Origin: the human T2T-CHM13v2.0 reference genome, Homo sapiens
Strand: one strand, 5' to 3'
Assembly (NCBI RefSeq): GCF_009914755.1
Contig: NC_060933.1
Length of the DNA stretch: 64,000 nucleotides
The notes under the pieces were generated by a model, which saw only the letters and a program-made list of their open reading frames with translations, was not told where the DNA came from and searched no databases. Positions within the stretch are counted from its first letter, which is position 1. Each line of letters starts with the position of its first letter. Positions 1-17,360 of the stretch are shown here, piece by piece. A program made the translations under genes and the position numbers.

Positions 1-87
1 CAACTTTTTAGACATGTGTGTCATGGGGGCGGGAGTCAGCTGAGCTGCTGGGGCAAGGTGAAATTTTTTTTGAATGCCAAAATATTC

Positions 88-367
88 TTTTTTTTTTTTT
101 TTTTTTGAGAAAAAGTCTGGCTTTGTTTCCCAGGCTGGAGTACAATGGCGCGGTCTTGGCTCACTGCAACCTATGCCTCCAAGCAATTTTCCTGCCTCAG
201 CCTCCTGAGTAGCTGGCATTACAGGCATGTGCCACCACACCTGGCTAGTTTTTGTATTTTTATTAGAGACGGGGTTTTGCCAAGTTGGTCAGGCTGGTCT
301 CGAATTCCTGACCTCGTGATCTGCCCGCCTCGGCCTCCCAAAGTGACATGAGCCACCATGCCCGGCC
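88..367 (-). mobile_element. AluS-type SINE with small internal deletion
   Basis: poly-T at 88, Alu body, ends CCCGGCC; lacks the CTGGGATTACAGG segment. Confidence 0.93.
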
Positions 368-1256
368 ACTTATTCTTTAATGATTTTGAAAACAATGACC
401 ACACCTTGGACATATAATGTCCAGTGCACTCTTCATTATCTAGTTTGAATTTTTATTTCTGAAGATATTTTTTGCTGTCTGTGGTCATTTTTTCTTCCTT
501 TTGTAGTATCCTCTGCTGCATTCAAATGGTTTAAAGAAGACCTGTTTGTGTCATTCTTTAACATCAAATTTATCTTGATATGTAGCTTATATTTTGTTTC
601 TGCTTCTTTTTCTTTTAGATATAAAACATGGAAATTTACTCATTGTACATGAGTACCTCTGTTGTATACATGAAGTATACATGTTATTAAACTTGTTTTA
701 CATAAATAAATTTCATATATATAAAAATATATGTATAACTTAAAAAGTAAAATGAACATTCATGTTTTGATCACAGATTTTTTTAAAAAACAATGGAATC
801 TGTCTTTGAAGCCCTGAACACAGCTACTTTTCTATTTATTTACTGAGCACTTAATTTGGTTTTCTGATTAGAATCAACATTTTTCTGTCATTGCCTTTCT
901 CTACATGGTTTTGTATCTCTTTCATTTTGTTGACATTATGTCAGCAAAGATGTCTAGATCTCTTCTTCAAAGTCTTTAAATCGTCACACATCTCTCTGCC
1001 CCTTTCCTTTTTTCTAAAACTGCCTGTATCCTTTTTCTCCTCAACTCAGATATTAAAGATGTTTTCTTCTCTTTTTCTACATTGAATGATCTCCTTGATG
1101 CTTTTTGTGTGTACTTTTTTTTTCTTCTGATAGACTGTGGTCAGTGGGTATCAAAATGTACTTTTGTGTCTTTTTAAACGTATGTGTTTTACTTTTTTAT
1201 CTTGGTTACTCATCTCTGGGTTATGGCTTATATTTAGTAATAGATGATTTTACTTA

Positions 1257-1610
<354 letters not shown>

Positions 1611-1818
1611 ACTGTATGGCTATAATATCACTTTACCTGCCATATATGCCATAAAATTGTTCTTCATATTATTTATCTAAGATTATAATTTCATATAGAA
1701 TGCTTTCAAACTATGTTCAGTTGAAACTGAAAGGAACATAGTTTATAGATTTGTTTCTTCAATATGCCATAACAGATGTTTAAACAATTATTAAATATTT
1801 ACTCTTAAAAATACTTGA

Positions 1819-2483
<665 letters not shown>

Positions 2484-3181
2484 AACGTATGGTAATTTTA
2501 AATCAGTTTTGGTATTAAAAATCATGTAATTTTGGAAAATATTGATAATGGAAAAACCCAAATTCTGCCAAAATATGTTGAGAAAATAGAGGGTAAATAT
2601 ATCTTTTCAGACTTTAAATGCCTCAGGCTCTTAGTTAATCTTCCCCAGATCTGGGAAGACCTAGAAGGGAAGAGATTGGGCTACGTTAATGAGCGCCATT
2701 TCAATCTCTTGGCCCTGCAGCAGCCATTTCAAAATACGACAAAAAAATATATTTGGGGGTAAAATATTTTGATTTCCTTCAGCTTCTTCTCTCTGTGATG
2801 CTGCACCAGAATCAGGTTGGAAAGGAAGCCACATTATAAGAGTTAATAAAACCCATCTGATGAGATTTGATAGTTTGAAGGGTGTGATTCCCAGACCCTT
2901 TAGATAGAAATTGAGGCCAAGGAAAACAAGGTCTTATTCCTCAATATAAATCTGTCAGTGCTCTAAGCAGTGAAAGATTTTTCATTTAATTTTACAGACT
3001 TGAAACTAATGAAAAGGATAGCTTTTAAAATATAAATCTCTTTTTCTATGAAAAGGACATGCTGTTGATTCTCTTAGGCCTTGAACCCTGGCCAGTGATC
3101 TGAAACCAAGCAGTACCTGTCTCCAGATCACTAGTACCAAAATCACTAGTACCAAATTAATTTGGGGTGGGGGATAACAGG

Positions 3182-4900
3182 TTTATTGAGAAATAATGAA
3201 CACACCATGCAATTCACTCATTTAAAATATATAATTTATTAACTTTAGTATTTTCAGAGAGTTATGCAGTCATCATTACAATCAATTGTAGAACATTTTC
3301 ATCACCCTAAAAACAAACCCCACATCATTTAGCTATCTTCACTAGTTTTCCCTTCCTCCCTCAGCCCTAGGTAACCACCCACCTTCTTTGTATAGATTTG
3401 CCTATAAGCCTCTAAAATGAAAAGCCAGTGGTCTACTGTGACTGGCTTATTTCACTTAGCATAATTTTCCATGCTGCATCTGTGCTGCAGCAGGTATTGA
3501 TGCAGGGTTTTTGCTCCTTAGTTCAGCTCAATCTGGGTTCTTCTGTCATGACCAGGAAAAATTAAGCACACAGACACATTGAAGGGTGAGGAGGACAGAA
3601 TTTATTAAGTGAAAGGAAAGCTCTCAGCAAAGAGGGGCGTCCTGCAAACAGGTTTCCACCTCACAATTGAATACCAGGAGCACAGGAGCTGAAGTGGCCA
3701 GGCTCCTGCTCTGCATAAGGCGTGAATTCCTGGTGACTCCACCCCATCCCCCCAGTGCTTGTGGGCCTCGGGTCTGCTGCCGGCACGTCCAGGCAAGGCA
3801 AGTCCAGGTTCCCCTATCTGCACATAACGTCTGGTGTAAACACTTGTGAGGCTTGTTGGGGATTCTCCAGGGACCCTTCCTTATCTGCCTAGGCATTTTG
3901 CTGTCTCCTCCTAATACAGTATCAGTACTTAGTTTCTTCTTATTGCAGAGTGATATTCCATTGTATGGATACATCAAACAGTTTATTTATCCATTCACCA
4001 GGTGATGGACCTTTGGGTTCTTTCCCACCCAAAGGTGATGGACATTTTGGTTCTTTCCACTTTTTCACTCTTATTAATAATGCTGCTGTAAACATTTATG
4101 TATGAGTTTTTGTGCTTGCGTATGTTTTTGATTTTCTGGAGTATATACTCATGACTGGAATTTCTGGGTCGTATGGTAACTTCATGCTTAACCTTTTGAG
4201 GAGCTGCCAGTTTGTTTTCCAAAGTGGCTGCACCACTTTACATCCCCAGCAGCATTGGATAAGGGCTTTAATTTCTTTACATTTTTCCTAACACTTATTT
4301 TCTCTTTTTTATTGAATAAAGGTTTCATCCTGTGGTGTGAAGTGATACCACATGTGGTTTTGATTTACTTTTTCCTAATGACTAATTACATTAAGCATCT
4401 ATTAATGTGCTTATTATCCATCTTTATATCTTCTTTGCAGAAATATCTACTCAAATTCTTTGCCCATTTTTTAAATTGGGTTATCTTGTTATTTATGAAT
4501 TGCAAAGGTTCTTTATATATCCTACATATGTAAGTCCCTTATCAGATACATGCTTTTCAAATACTTTCTTCTACTCAGTATCTTACCTTTTCACTTCTTG
4601 ATACTGTCTTCTCAAGCACAGCAGTTTTCAATTTTGAAGTTCATTGAATCCATTTTTCCTTTGGAGTCATAGCTAAGAAAACACTGCCAAATGCAGTCAC
4701 AAAGATTTATGCCAGGGTTTTCTTCTTACTTTATTTATTTTTTGCATGTGGATATCCAGTTGTCGCAGCACCATTTGTTGAAAAGACTATTCTTTTCCCA
4801 TTCTGTTCTTTTGTTAACCTTGTATAAAATCAATTGACTGTCAAGGTGCAGGTTTATTTGTAGATTATCAATTCTTAGTTTGTTTATATCTATTCTTATG
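3182..4900 (-). mobile_element. Old L1M (L1MB-like) 3' fragment interrupted by an LTR
   Basis: L1MB-type 3' end (tttattgag...agaacattttcatcacc) and degenerate antisense ORF2. Confidence 0.8.
3498..3918 (-). mobile_element. Solo ERV1 LTR (MER48-like)
   Basis: TG...CA termini, 4-bp TSD GTAT at 3494-3497 and 3919-3922; subfamily from memory. Confidence 0.8.
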
Positions 4901-6224
4901 CCACGGCCAAATTGAATTTAATGAGAAGTTTTTTTCAAGCATGTTGCATATTACCAGTTGTCTTATATCATAATAAAAATTAAATTTAGTGGAATATCTT
5001 TAACTTCACCTTTTGTGCCTCAAAGGAATCTCTGGCCAGCTTATACCTTACTTTCTCTAAGACATGGCAAGTCAGGCTTACCAGACACTCTTTTTTTCTC
5101 TATTCAAACCTTTAGTCTCTTTTCCATTGCCTCCCTCTATAGTTATATTTTCAGTAAGTTTTCATCACACGATCTGCTGATGTAGTCTAATATTTAGTGT
5201 ATTATGTTTTGCTAACTCATTATAATTCATAGAATCTTCCAGAGATGTTTACCATCCAGGAAGGAGAAGTCTGAGCTGCCAGCTTTCCTCAGTGGAAATC
5301 ATGTGAAGTCATCATGTTGTAGTTCGCAGATCCTCTTTCCACCCGGTAGCTGGTTCTCTTGGGTAGCACTGCATCTAATCCTTTACTTGGTGCAGATCTT
5401 GCATTCTCAGAAACCACAGTTCCCTGTATTGACCTCCTTTTACTGAAACAGAGATGCACAGCTCTGCTTTCTAGCTCAGTAGAGGATTCTTGGGATATAA
5501 AGTTTAACTCATTCCAAGAAAAAGTCTTAGGAGTGCAGCACTTCAAAATCAGGTAATGTTCAGGCAATTTATTGGAGACAAATAGTAGATTAGTATTTTG
5601 ACTTTTGAAATTTCAGAGCCAAGTTGTGTGCTGTAGAGAAGCATTGTGGTATAATACAGAGATGGGATGGTCTTAACTTCTCCATACAAACAAGCTTGAA
5701 GTAAGATAAAGGAGAAATTGCATTTGATGTCTTAACACTCAAAGCATACTGTGCTTATTTTACTTCTGTGAAGACTAAAAATCATTCCATAATGTTCTCA
5801 TTTCCTCATTGAGAAAAGGAAAATGAAAATTGAATACTAGATTGATTAATAAATACTCAAAACTTATTCTTTTAGAATTTTCATTAACTGAAATCAGGCA
5901 AATGTCTGATTTTGGTTATCTAACCAAGTATTTCTAGTTGTTTTTCAAATCATACATCTTCTTTCTTTGCAGTCTTATTTCCTAACTTGAGGGGAAATTG
6001 TAAGGAGACACCCTTGCCTTGTTATGAGAGTTCATAATTGAAGGGGGTTTTAGGAAATGTTCCTCCTCAGCAGCTTATGTCTCTCTCCTGGTTATCTACT
6101 GCTTCTCAATAATGTTTGCCATCAATAAATTAATCTCAACATTTATTAGATCCTACTTTAAAGGAGACTCTTTTCTCTGCATAAGTTATGTTTCCTGTTG
6201 TCTCTTTTTAAAACTTATTTTTCT

Positions 6225-6610
6225 AACAATTATCCAGTGTTTTGTGGCTTTAAAAGAAAAACATTTATTTTGTTCATGAACCTGTGGTTTGAAAAAAGCT
6301 TAGCCAGGACAGGTCATCTCTGCTCCCCTCAGCTTCCCTAGGAATAGCTGATCAGTTGGGGAAATGGAATCCTCTGAAGCTTTGCTCACCCATGTGTTTG
6401 ATGGTTGATGCTGGCCATTGGCTGGAACCTTGGTTGGAGCAGGCAGCATGAATATTGACACTGACACTCCCAGGCTGTCTCTCTGGCCTGATCTCACTCA
6501 CAATCTGGGGGCTGAGTTCAAAGGGAAAGCAGTCTGAGATAGGGAAGCCACATGATATCCCTTTTACTGCATTCTATTCATTAGAAGGAAGTCAGTAAGG
6601 GTTGCCCATA
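6225..6610 (-). mobile_element. MLT1-type MaLR LTR remnant
   Basis: degenerate MLT1 motifs (cattctattcattagaag...gtcagtaagg); boundaries approximate. Confidence 0.55.
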
Positions 6611-6639
6611 TTCTGTTTTTTTAATGGGATAAATATAGC

Positions 6640-8370
6640 TTCTCTTTTGTTTTAATTGACATGTATATACATAATTTTGGCCAATAGAGTGATATTTTGA
6701 TACATGTATATAGTGTGTAATGATCAAGCTAACTAGCACATTTACTACTTCAACCATTTTTCATTTTTTGAATTGTGAACATTCAAAATCTTCTGCCTTT
6801 TTAAAAATATACAATAAATCATAGTTAACCATATTCACCCTACAATGCCACAGAACACCAGAACTCATTCCTCTTATCTAACTGTAATTCAGTATCCATT
6901 AACCATCCTCCCCTCCCCTACCTCTGTGAGCTTTTTTGTTGTTGTTAAGAGACAGGGCCTTGCTAGTCTAGTCTGGGCTCTGGGCAACTGTCGTCACCCA
7001 GACTAGAGACAGTGGCTTGTTCATACCTCACTGCAGCCTCAAACTCTTGGGCTCATGTGATCCTTCCACCTCAGCCTCCTGAGCAGCTAAGATTATGGGC
7101 ATGCACCATTGCACCTGTCTGATTTTTGACTTTGTAGAGCTATCTACCTATGTTGTCCAGGGTGCTCTGGAACTTTGGCCTCAAGTGATTCTCCTGCCTT
7201 GGTCTTTCAAAGTGCTAGGAAATTACAGGCAATAGCCAGGTTGCCCAGCCCTCAGTTTTTCTTTAGCTCCCACATATGAGTGAGAATGTGCAGTGTTTAT
7301 CTTTCTGTGTCTGCACTTAACATACCATCCCTCAGACTGATCCACATGGCCACGAATAACAGGATTGAATTCCTTTATATGGTGAATAGTATTCTACTCT
7401 GTTTGTGTGCCACAGTTTTTTGTCCATTCATTTGGTTATGGACATGCAGGTTGATTCCATACATCAGCTATTGTGAATAGTGCTACAATAAACATATGAG
7501 TACAGGTATCTTTTTGATCTATTGTTTTCTTTTCTATTGCCTGAATACCCAATAGTGGGTTTGCCGGATCCCTTGGCAGTCTCATTATTAGCTTTTTGAG
7601 AAAACCTCATGTTGTTTTCTATAGTGGCTGCACTAATTTACCTTCCCACCAACAGCATGTTAGAGTTTACTGTTCTCTGGAACCTCACCAGCATATGTTA
7701 TTTTTTTGTCTTTTCAATGATAGAATTTATTCAAATTGAAGCAAGATTGTATCACATTGAAGATTTGATTTTTATTTCCCTGAGGATTAGTGATACTGAG
7801 CATTTTTAAATTTATTTATTGGCTATTTGTATTTCTTTTTTCTAAAGAAAAGTATAGTTAGATATTTTGCCCAATTTTGAACTCAGATTTTTTTTTACTG
7901 TCAAGTTTTTTGAGTTTCTTGTATATTTTGGATACTAGTCCCTTATTAGATGAATAGTTGACAATATTTTCTCCCATTCCACTGGTTTTCTCTTCACTCA
8001 GTTTGCTGGGCAGAAGCTCTTTATCTTAATGTAATACCATTTGTCTATCATTTGGTTTTTGCCTATGCTTCTGATGTCCTACCCATAAAAATCTTTGTGC
8101 AGGCTAATGTCCTCAAGCATTTTTCCTACATTTACTTAGAGTGGTTTCATAATTTTAGGCCTTAAATGTCAGTCTTCAATCAATTCTGAGTTTATTTCAT
8201 TATGTGCTGTTACATAGGAAGCTAGTATCATTCTTCTCCATATGGATATTTAGTTTTCCCAGTGCCATTCATTTGAAGAGACTGTCCTTTCCCCAGTGTA
8301 TGTTCTTGGCACCTTTGTCCAAAATCAGTTGGCTGTAAATATGTGGATTTATTTCTGGGTGTGTATTCTA
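6640..8370 (-). mobile_element. L1MA-type 3' fragment interrupted by AluJ
   Basis: antisense L1MA 3'UTR (agaacaccagaactcattcctc) and ORF2 remnants. Confidence 0.8.
6932..7250 (-). mobile_element. AluJ SINE
   Basis: diverged Alu dimer in antisense. Confidence 0.85.
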
Positions 8371-8485
8371 TGGCCTTTACCCCAAGAATCATTACTTCTT
8401 AAAATGCAATTCAAATTAGCATGAAACATTTGCGGTTTAAGGAAAGGCTTATGGCATCAGAATCCTTATTTACAGGATTCATTAT

Positions 8486-8781
8486 TTTGTGTTTTTTTGA
8501 GATATGGTCTTTGTCTGTCATCCAGGCAGAAGTGCGGTGATGTGGTCATAATTCACTGCAGCCCTGAACTCTGGGTACAAGCCATCTTTTTGCCTCAGTC
8601 TCCCAACTAGCTGGGTCTCCAGGCATGAGCCACCATGCCCAGCTAATTTAAAAAAAATTTTTTGTAGACATGGGGGTCTCACTATGTTGCTCTGGCTGAT
8701 CTCAAATTCCTGGCCTCAAGTGATCATTCTGGCACAGGCTTTTAAATTGCTACAATTACAGGAATGAGCCACCATGCCTAG
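8486..8781 (-). mobile_element. AluJ SINE
   Basis: diverged Alu dimer in antisense. Confidence 0.88.
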
Positions 8782-9088
8782 TATAGAGTGTTATATTATT
8801 TTCAAAGTCTTATTCTGAGAGCCATTTATTGACTTTGGCCTAAATAACTCAATATGATATCTCTGAAACTTTTTTTTGACATATTATGGGGAATGATAAT
8901 GAGGGAAGGTGGTTAGACACTTTTTACTAAGAGATAACTTAGTGCCATCTAAGGAGGAACAAAAATGAATTATCAGAAAAATAAAAGTAAGATGAAGTGC
9001 AAAAGTTCTGTGGCAAAGATGATGATAGCAAATAATATATTTTTGTGACTCATGGTAGCTTTAACTTTTTTCTTAAAATTCTGAGTAA

Positions 9089-9619
<531 letters not shown>

Positions 9620-10104
9620 TAGCAATTTGCTTTGTAGAGTTCTAGAAAAAAAATGGCATCTGTTTTTTCTTTTAAATATTTACATTTCCATTATTATTAT
9701 AACAAAATCAATCTTTCAGAGTAATGATTCTCACTGTGGAGTCATTTGATGATTAAGATCAGTTGGCATAAGAAAATTGTGATTTCAAAATTATGTGATA
9801 CTTTTGAATTGGTCTTAAGCTACATTGTTCACTAATCACTTTTTAAAATTATGAATGGATTCTATTACTTTTTATATGAGCAGATTACATTAATACATAA
9901 TTATGATTTCAAATTTTTATAAATCAGACAATTCTGAATTCAGTTATTAGTTTTGATCTTGCTGATAAATATTTTAAGCTTCAGCCTCTTTTACTAACAT
10001 ATTCACAATTGCTCTTTGAATCACTGACTCAAAATGAAAGGCAACAAACATATAATAATTAGGTTATAATTGTTTTAAAAGTGTATTCTTTTCCTTTGTT
10101 TTAG

Positions 10105-10317
<213 letters not shown>

Positions 10318-10923
10318 TAAGTCAAAACATACACTCATAGAAAATGAATTAAGCTCATTAATTTGTTTTGAAAGCATAATTTTTAGTGAGATGGCTTCAG
10401 GAGATTAGTAGGAAGTGAATGCTAATCTAATAATGTAATTTCAGAAAATAATGTTAGTAAATAATCTTACCTTTAAAATGTTAGTCAAGGATAGTTTCTG
10501 TCCCATTTCTTTCTCTCTCTCTCTCTCTTTTTTTTTTTTTGCTTTTGTATGGCTTTTTTCCCCTGAAAAGTCTCATGTAGTTAACCTGATCTGTTAGTTT
10601 TTGTCACTAAGTATTTTCGAAGCATTATAATTAATAATGTGATCTTGTTATAAAATTGCTTGTCAGAATTTTCCTAAATAGAAATATTAATGAGTTTAAT
10701 TTATTTTTTGGTAGATCACAACCTAAACCCAAAGTTTCAAGTGGTACTGCTACTCTGGGCACAATCATTTTTTATTGTGATCTTTAGTATTATCACTAGA
10801 GGGTGCCTCAAGAAAGACTATTTGTGTAACATTTTCAAGATGTTACAGAAAGGCATCCTTGTGAAATAGGGAATACTTATCAAGGAATTTAAAGAAGTGT
10901 AATTCACAAAGTGGTTAAAACAT

Positions 10924-11475
10924 AACTAGAAATACCATTTGACCCAGCAATCCCATTACTGGGTATATACCCAAAGGATTATAAACCATGCTGCTATAAA
11001 GACACATGCACATGTATGTTTATTGCAGCACTATTCACAATAGCAAAGACTTGGAACCAACACAAATATCCAACAATGATAGACTGGATTAAGGAAATGT
11101 GGCACACATACACCATGGAATACTGTGCAGCCATAACAAATAATGAGTTCATGTCCTTTGTAGGGACATGGATGGAGCTGGAAACCATCATTCTCAGCAA
11201 ACTATCGCAAGGACAAAAAACCAAACACTGTATGTTCTCACTCATAGGTGGGAATTGAACAATGAGAACACATGGACAAAGGAAGTGGGGAACATCACAT
11301 ACTGGGGCCTGTCGTGGGGTGGGGGGATGGGGGAGGGATAACATTTGGAGATATACCTAATGTTAAATGATGAGTTACTGGGTGCAGCACACCAACATGG
11401 CACAGGTATACATATGTAACTAACCTGCACGTTGTGCACATGTACCCTAAAACTTAAAGTATAAAAAAAAAACAA
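10924..11475 (+). mobile_element. 5'-truncated L1PA4/5-like element
   Basis: ORF2 C-terminus ([15 protein letters not shown]), 3'UTR G-tract, A tail. Confidence 0.93.
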
Positions 11476-12159
11476 AACCTTGTTCAGCCTGAAGGGGTGT
11501 GTGGAAGGCAGAAGGAAAAAGCCCTACCTCCAGTGCCTTGGTCACAGTGCTGGGGGCTAATTTCCTTCAGACATGCTTTAGTTCTTTTTGATCACCAACC
11601 AGCCAATCTAGTTCTCCCCCAGGAGTTGTTGTTCTGAATTATTCCTCAGTGCCAAATGCTTAATTGTTCTTAGATAATGGGTGAAATGCACAAGGGCGAA
11701 ACCTAAAATTTGTTTGCTAAACACAAGTATTCCTAGATTTTGTTGTTGTTGTTCATTTTAGTTTTCTTAACCTACATTAAGGAGTACAACATGATGTTTT
11801 GATACAATTATTTCTAGTGAAGTGGTTCTTATAATCAAGCAAATCAACATATTCTTTTCTCACATTGTTACCCTTTAAATATGAGTATTTCTAATGGAAT
11901 CTTCAGAATCTCACAAGTAGAGCCCTTTTAGAAGGCAGCAAGTGTTACCTGTTGAGCCATATATCACTGATAGCCATTTCTCTTCCCTGTCTACTTTGTT
12001 TGTACTGCTTGTTCAGTATAAATCACCTTAGAAACACAGGTGCTTCTTTAGAATGATTTTAAAATTATACTTGCTTACAACAGGTATGCTCTCACACATC
12101 TTCAGTGTGAAAACACTGTTTAGTGGATAATTTAGTTTGCTCTCAGGGCAAGTTTTTAA

Positions 12160-12495
<336 letters not shown>

Positions 12496-12803
12496 TAATT
12501 CTTGTTTTTAATTTGGTGAAATACTGAGTTCTGTTGACTTATGCATGTTTAGTAAAGATCATAATTAACTGTGTTAACACAGAAAGGAAATGGAAACTTT
12601 ACATTTTTTAATTCCCTGGAGCTCTCATTTTCAAGAGATACCCGTTTACTAACTTTATTCAATAAATGTGACTAAACTGACACATTTAAAATGTCTTTAA
12701 AAGCTGCATTTAAGTTAGGTTTTAGAAATTGCATATTATTGCCTGATAACTGATGATATAGTTTGAGATGCTTTGGCTTACTCTCTAATTGATTATAGTT
12801 TAG

Positions 12804-13118
<315 letters not shown>

Positions 13119-13146
13119 CATGTCACTTTTAAAGTTTCTTTGCACC

Positions 13147-13445
13147 AGCCAGGTGTGGTGGCTCATGTCTGTAATCCCAGCACTTTGGGAGGCTGAGGCA
13201 GGTGTGTCACAATGTCAGGAGTTCAAGACCAGCCTGGCCAAGATGGTGAAAGTACAAAAAGTAGAAAAAAAAAATTAGCCAGGTGTGGTGGAGAGCACCT
13301 GTAATCCCAGCTACTAGGGAGGCTGAGGCAGAGAATTGCTTGAACCCAGGAGGCGGAGGTTGCAGTGAGCCGAGATCGTGCCACTGAACTCCAGCCTGAG
13401 TGACAGGGTGAGACTTCATCTTGAATATAAAAAATTTAAAAAAAA
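13147..13445 (+). mobile_element. AluS SINE
   Basis: full dimer; TSD aaagtttctttgcacc / aaagtttatttgcacc. Confidence 0.93.
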
Positions 13446-13623
13446 GTTTATTTGCACCATCTCAACTCTTTCCACCCATAATCACAACTGAATGATTGGC
13501 ATCCAAACAGTTTACCACATATAGATGTTTATTATTTAGTAGAATCCAAAATAATTGCATTTTATGAATTAAACAAAACACTAAAATGTTCATTTCCATT
13601 TTTATGTTCAAAGCTTTGTGCTT

Positions 13624-13923
<300 letters not shown>

Positions 13924-13959
13924 GGTTTATGCTTTTCTTACGTAAGAGTACATTCTCTG

Positions 13960-15085
13960 ACTATAAAAATCCTGGAAGAAAACCTAGGAAATACTCTTCT
14001 GGACTTCATACTTCTCAATTAATTTATGGCTAAGTCCTCAAAAGCAATTGCAAGAATAACAAAAATTGATAAGTATGATCTAATTAAGCTAAAGAGCTTC
14101 TGCACAGCATGAGAAACTATCACAGGATTAAACAGACAGCGTAGAGAATGGAAGAAAACATTCACAAACTATGGATACAGCAAACACCTATTATCCAGAA
14201 TCCATAAGAGATCTAAACAAATCAACAAGCAAAAAATAAATAACACCATTAAAAATGGGCAAAGGACGTGAACAGACACTTCTCAAAATAACACATGTAA
14301 GTGGCCAACAAACATATTAACAAATGCTTACCATTGTTAATCATCAGAAAAGTGCCAAACAAAACATCAGTGAGATACCATTTCACACCAGTCAGAATAA
14401 CTTGTTGAAAAGTAAAAAGAAAAAAAAAAAAGATGTTGGGGAAGCAGTGGAGAAAAGGGAACACACACCGTTTGTGGCAATGTAAATTAGTTCAGCTACT
14501 ATGGAGAGCAGTTTGGAAATTAAGAACTAAGGATGACCGTTGGATGCAGCAATCCCATTACTATACTAGGCGTATACCTAAAGGACAATAAATCGTTGTA
14601 ATAAAAAGATGCTTGCACATGTGTGTTCATTGCAGCACTATTCAAAGCAGCAAAGACATGGAGTCAATCCAGGTGCATCCAAGGCAGATTGAAAATCCAA
14701 GGTAGATTGGAATGTTCCATACATACCATGGAATACTATGCAGCCAAGAAAAGAACAAAATCATGTCCTTTGCAGCAACATGGATACAGCTGGAATCCAC
14801 TATCCTAAGCAAACTAACACAGAAACCAAATATCTCATGTTTTCACTTATGTGGGAGCTGCACATTGGGTGCACATTGTCATAAACCTGGGAACAGTAGA
14901 CACTGGGAAATAAGAACAGGGAGGGACAGAGTGGGCCAGGGTTGGAAAACTACTTATTGGGTCCTATGCTTACTACCTGTGTGATGGGTTCCACTGTACT
15001 CCAAACCTCGGCATCCCTCAATATACTCTTGGAAGAAGCCTACACAGGTACCACCTTAATTTAGAATACAAACTAGAAAAAAAGA
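13960..15085 (+). mobile_element. Older L1PA/L1PB ORF2 end and 3'UTR
   Basis: IKILEENLGNTLLD and MFIAALF ORF2 motifs, A-rich tail. Confidence 0.88.
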
Positions 15086-15267
15086 AACAAACAAAAAAAC
15101 ACAAAAATTTACTATTAAAAAAGTTTACTATAAGTAGAGAATAGAAATTTCTTTTTAAGATAAAATTTATTGATGTAAAAACATTGGATTAAACTTGTAT
15201 ATAGGGCAGTTTTGCTAAGAATTTCAAAGCAATGCATTCATTGCAAAAGATGACTTTAATTATTTAA

Positions 15268-15561
<294 letters not shown>

Positions 15562-15865
15562 ATTGTTTAACCTTTGTACTAATAAAACACTACCTTTCTA
15601 AAATCATGTATATGCAGTAGACCAATATTAACTGTATTTTTGTCTGATTACTCTAAACAGCATTACACAGGTGCATCCTCTTATCTAAACTTAAAATAAG
15701 TAGAAATTTTACTTCATTTATGTGATTATTTTTCTATTTAAGCAAACTTCAAGTTATGTCTAGTCACTAAAAATACTAAAGGCCACATTTTGTAAGTGAT
15801 ACATTATTTGCATGATAATGTTTCTTGTTTAACTTAAACATTATTATTATTTTTACTTATTTTAG

Positions 15866-15943
15866 ATGGAGCTGGACTGTGTAGAACAAATAACTAGAGA
15901 AACAAAGAGAAGTATGTTGCCAAAATTTATTAATTACATTTAG
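15866..15943 (+). CDS. ANKRD20A: ANKRD18/ANKRD20A-family terminal (or penultimate) coding exon
   Basis: tttAG acceptor; MELDCVEQITRETKRSMLPKFINYI* (TAG 15941-15943); internal donor a|GTatgt after 15911. Confidence 0.82.
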   Translation: MELDCVEQITRETKRSMLPKFINYI

Positions 15944-16419
15944 GTTTATTTTAGAAATTAAGTGTAAATAACAAATGGCATTCCTTTTCATTGTTTGGTT
16001 AGTAGATACTATGTCAAGTATTTTTTTTCTTACACACATCTAATGCAAGATGTGAAAACAAAAACTTTCACAGAGAAGACTGTACTTATGCACCATAAAT
16101 TCATCATGTTCCATAGCTTAAAAAATTCCCAAGAAGTCTATGCATCTGTTTTTTACTGGCTCTACACTTTCTTAAGTTTTGCCATCATCATGGAACTGTC
16201 AGCCAGCACACTGAAATGATTCTCAGAAAACAAAGGCATCACCAAGTTCTCAGGGTTTTGGTACAGATTGAAGGCCAACAGACCTCAGACTCATTTTGAA
16301 ATCCTTAGCTGGGCAATAACCCTTCATAAGCAGTCACTTGACAGGTGACATTTTAAATCTCCTATCATTTACAGTGTCATTGGCTTACATCTGTTCTCAG
16401 GAAAAGTTCCAAATTTTTC

Positions 16420-16880
16420 ACCATGAAATAAAAACACCCACGTCAATGTGATTCTTGTCAAGTTACTCAGCCTTGTTTTTTGCCACTTACCGCACTCTAC
16501 CCTTTGCTCTAGCACCAAAGTGGAGGAGAGTAGAACTCCGCAGGGCTCTTCCTCACCTCAGGCTCTTGGCCTTCGCCTCTTCCCTCTATCTGGCAAGCTT
16601 TTCCTTGTCCTTCAGGTATCAACCTATGTTATCTCCTCCACCAGAAAGCCCATGACATTGACATAAAAGTGGGATAGATGTCCCTTTTGTGTGTTCCAGT
16701 AGTGCCCTGCTGTATACCTGTCATGGTATCTATGACACTATGTGGACCTTGCCTACCTGTCTGTTTTTTTAGGTTATAGCATATGACTATTGGGAGGTGG
16801 ACCATGCCATCTTCATCTTGGAATTCCAGTGCTGGTTCTAGTACCTTAGCACGTGGCTGTTGATTACATGAATGAAGAAT
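16420..16880 (+). mobile_element. L2 fragment
   Basis: degenerate L2 3' motifs ending tgaatgaa; approximate. Confidence 0.5.
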
Positions 16881-17081
16881 GAAAAACCTCTGATATTTAA
16901 ACACAATAGAATTAATGCCATGTGTAAATTATTTAATAGTAATTTTGTGTTGTAAATGTACATAGATATTTCTCATTCTTACTAACTCTGATAAAGTTCT
17001 CAACTCTTTAGTATTTAAACTCACATTTAGTTAACTGAAGTGTATTAGGTAAAGAACATAATTCTTTCTTTTTCTTTCCAG

Positions 17082-17128
17082 TTGTTGCTGTGTTGAACAC
17101 TTGCTCCCGTCTACTTACTTCTCTATAA
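17082..17128 (+). CDS. Alternative last exon homologous to the ANKRD26 terminal exon
   Basis: strong polypyrimidine tract + cAG at 17081; phase-1 join to 15911 gives IVAVLNTCSRLLTSL*; weak similarity to remembered ANKRD26 AAAELESGSIASPLGST. Confidence 0.55.
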
Positions 17129-17360
17129 TCCACTGGTAAGCCACATCTAATGAAGAGAATGTTTAACCATAAAGTCTTAAGGAAAAATTTTATTATTTAA
17201 AAGATTATAAAACTTTATTACTGGGCTGTTTACAGAACATTTTAATTGTTTTTCATAAAATATATAACATTACAATCTTTACTGAAGTAGGATGTTTTTG
17301 TATCACATGTGTGATGATAATTTATAGGGTAATTTAAATGATGTTTTTTAGCCTCAAGTT

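Noticed and set aside
5233-5552. Exon-like stretch with AG/GT ends in the ANKRD intron
   Set aside because: No recognisable product and 320 nt would shift the frame between phase-0 neighbours; possibly a cryptic exon but unsupported.
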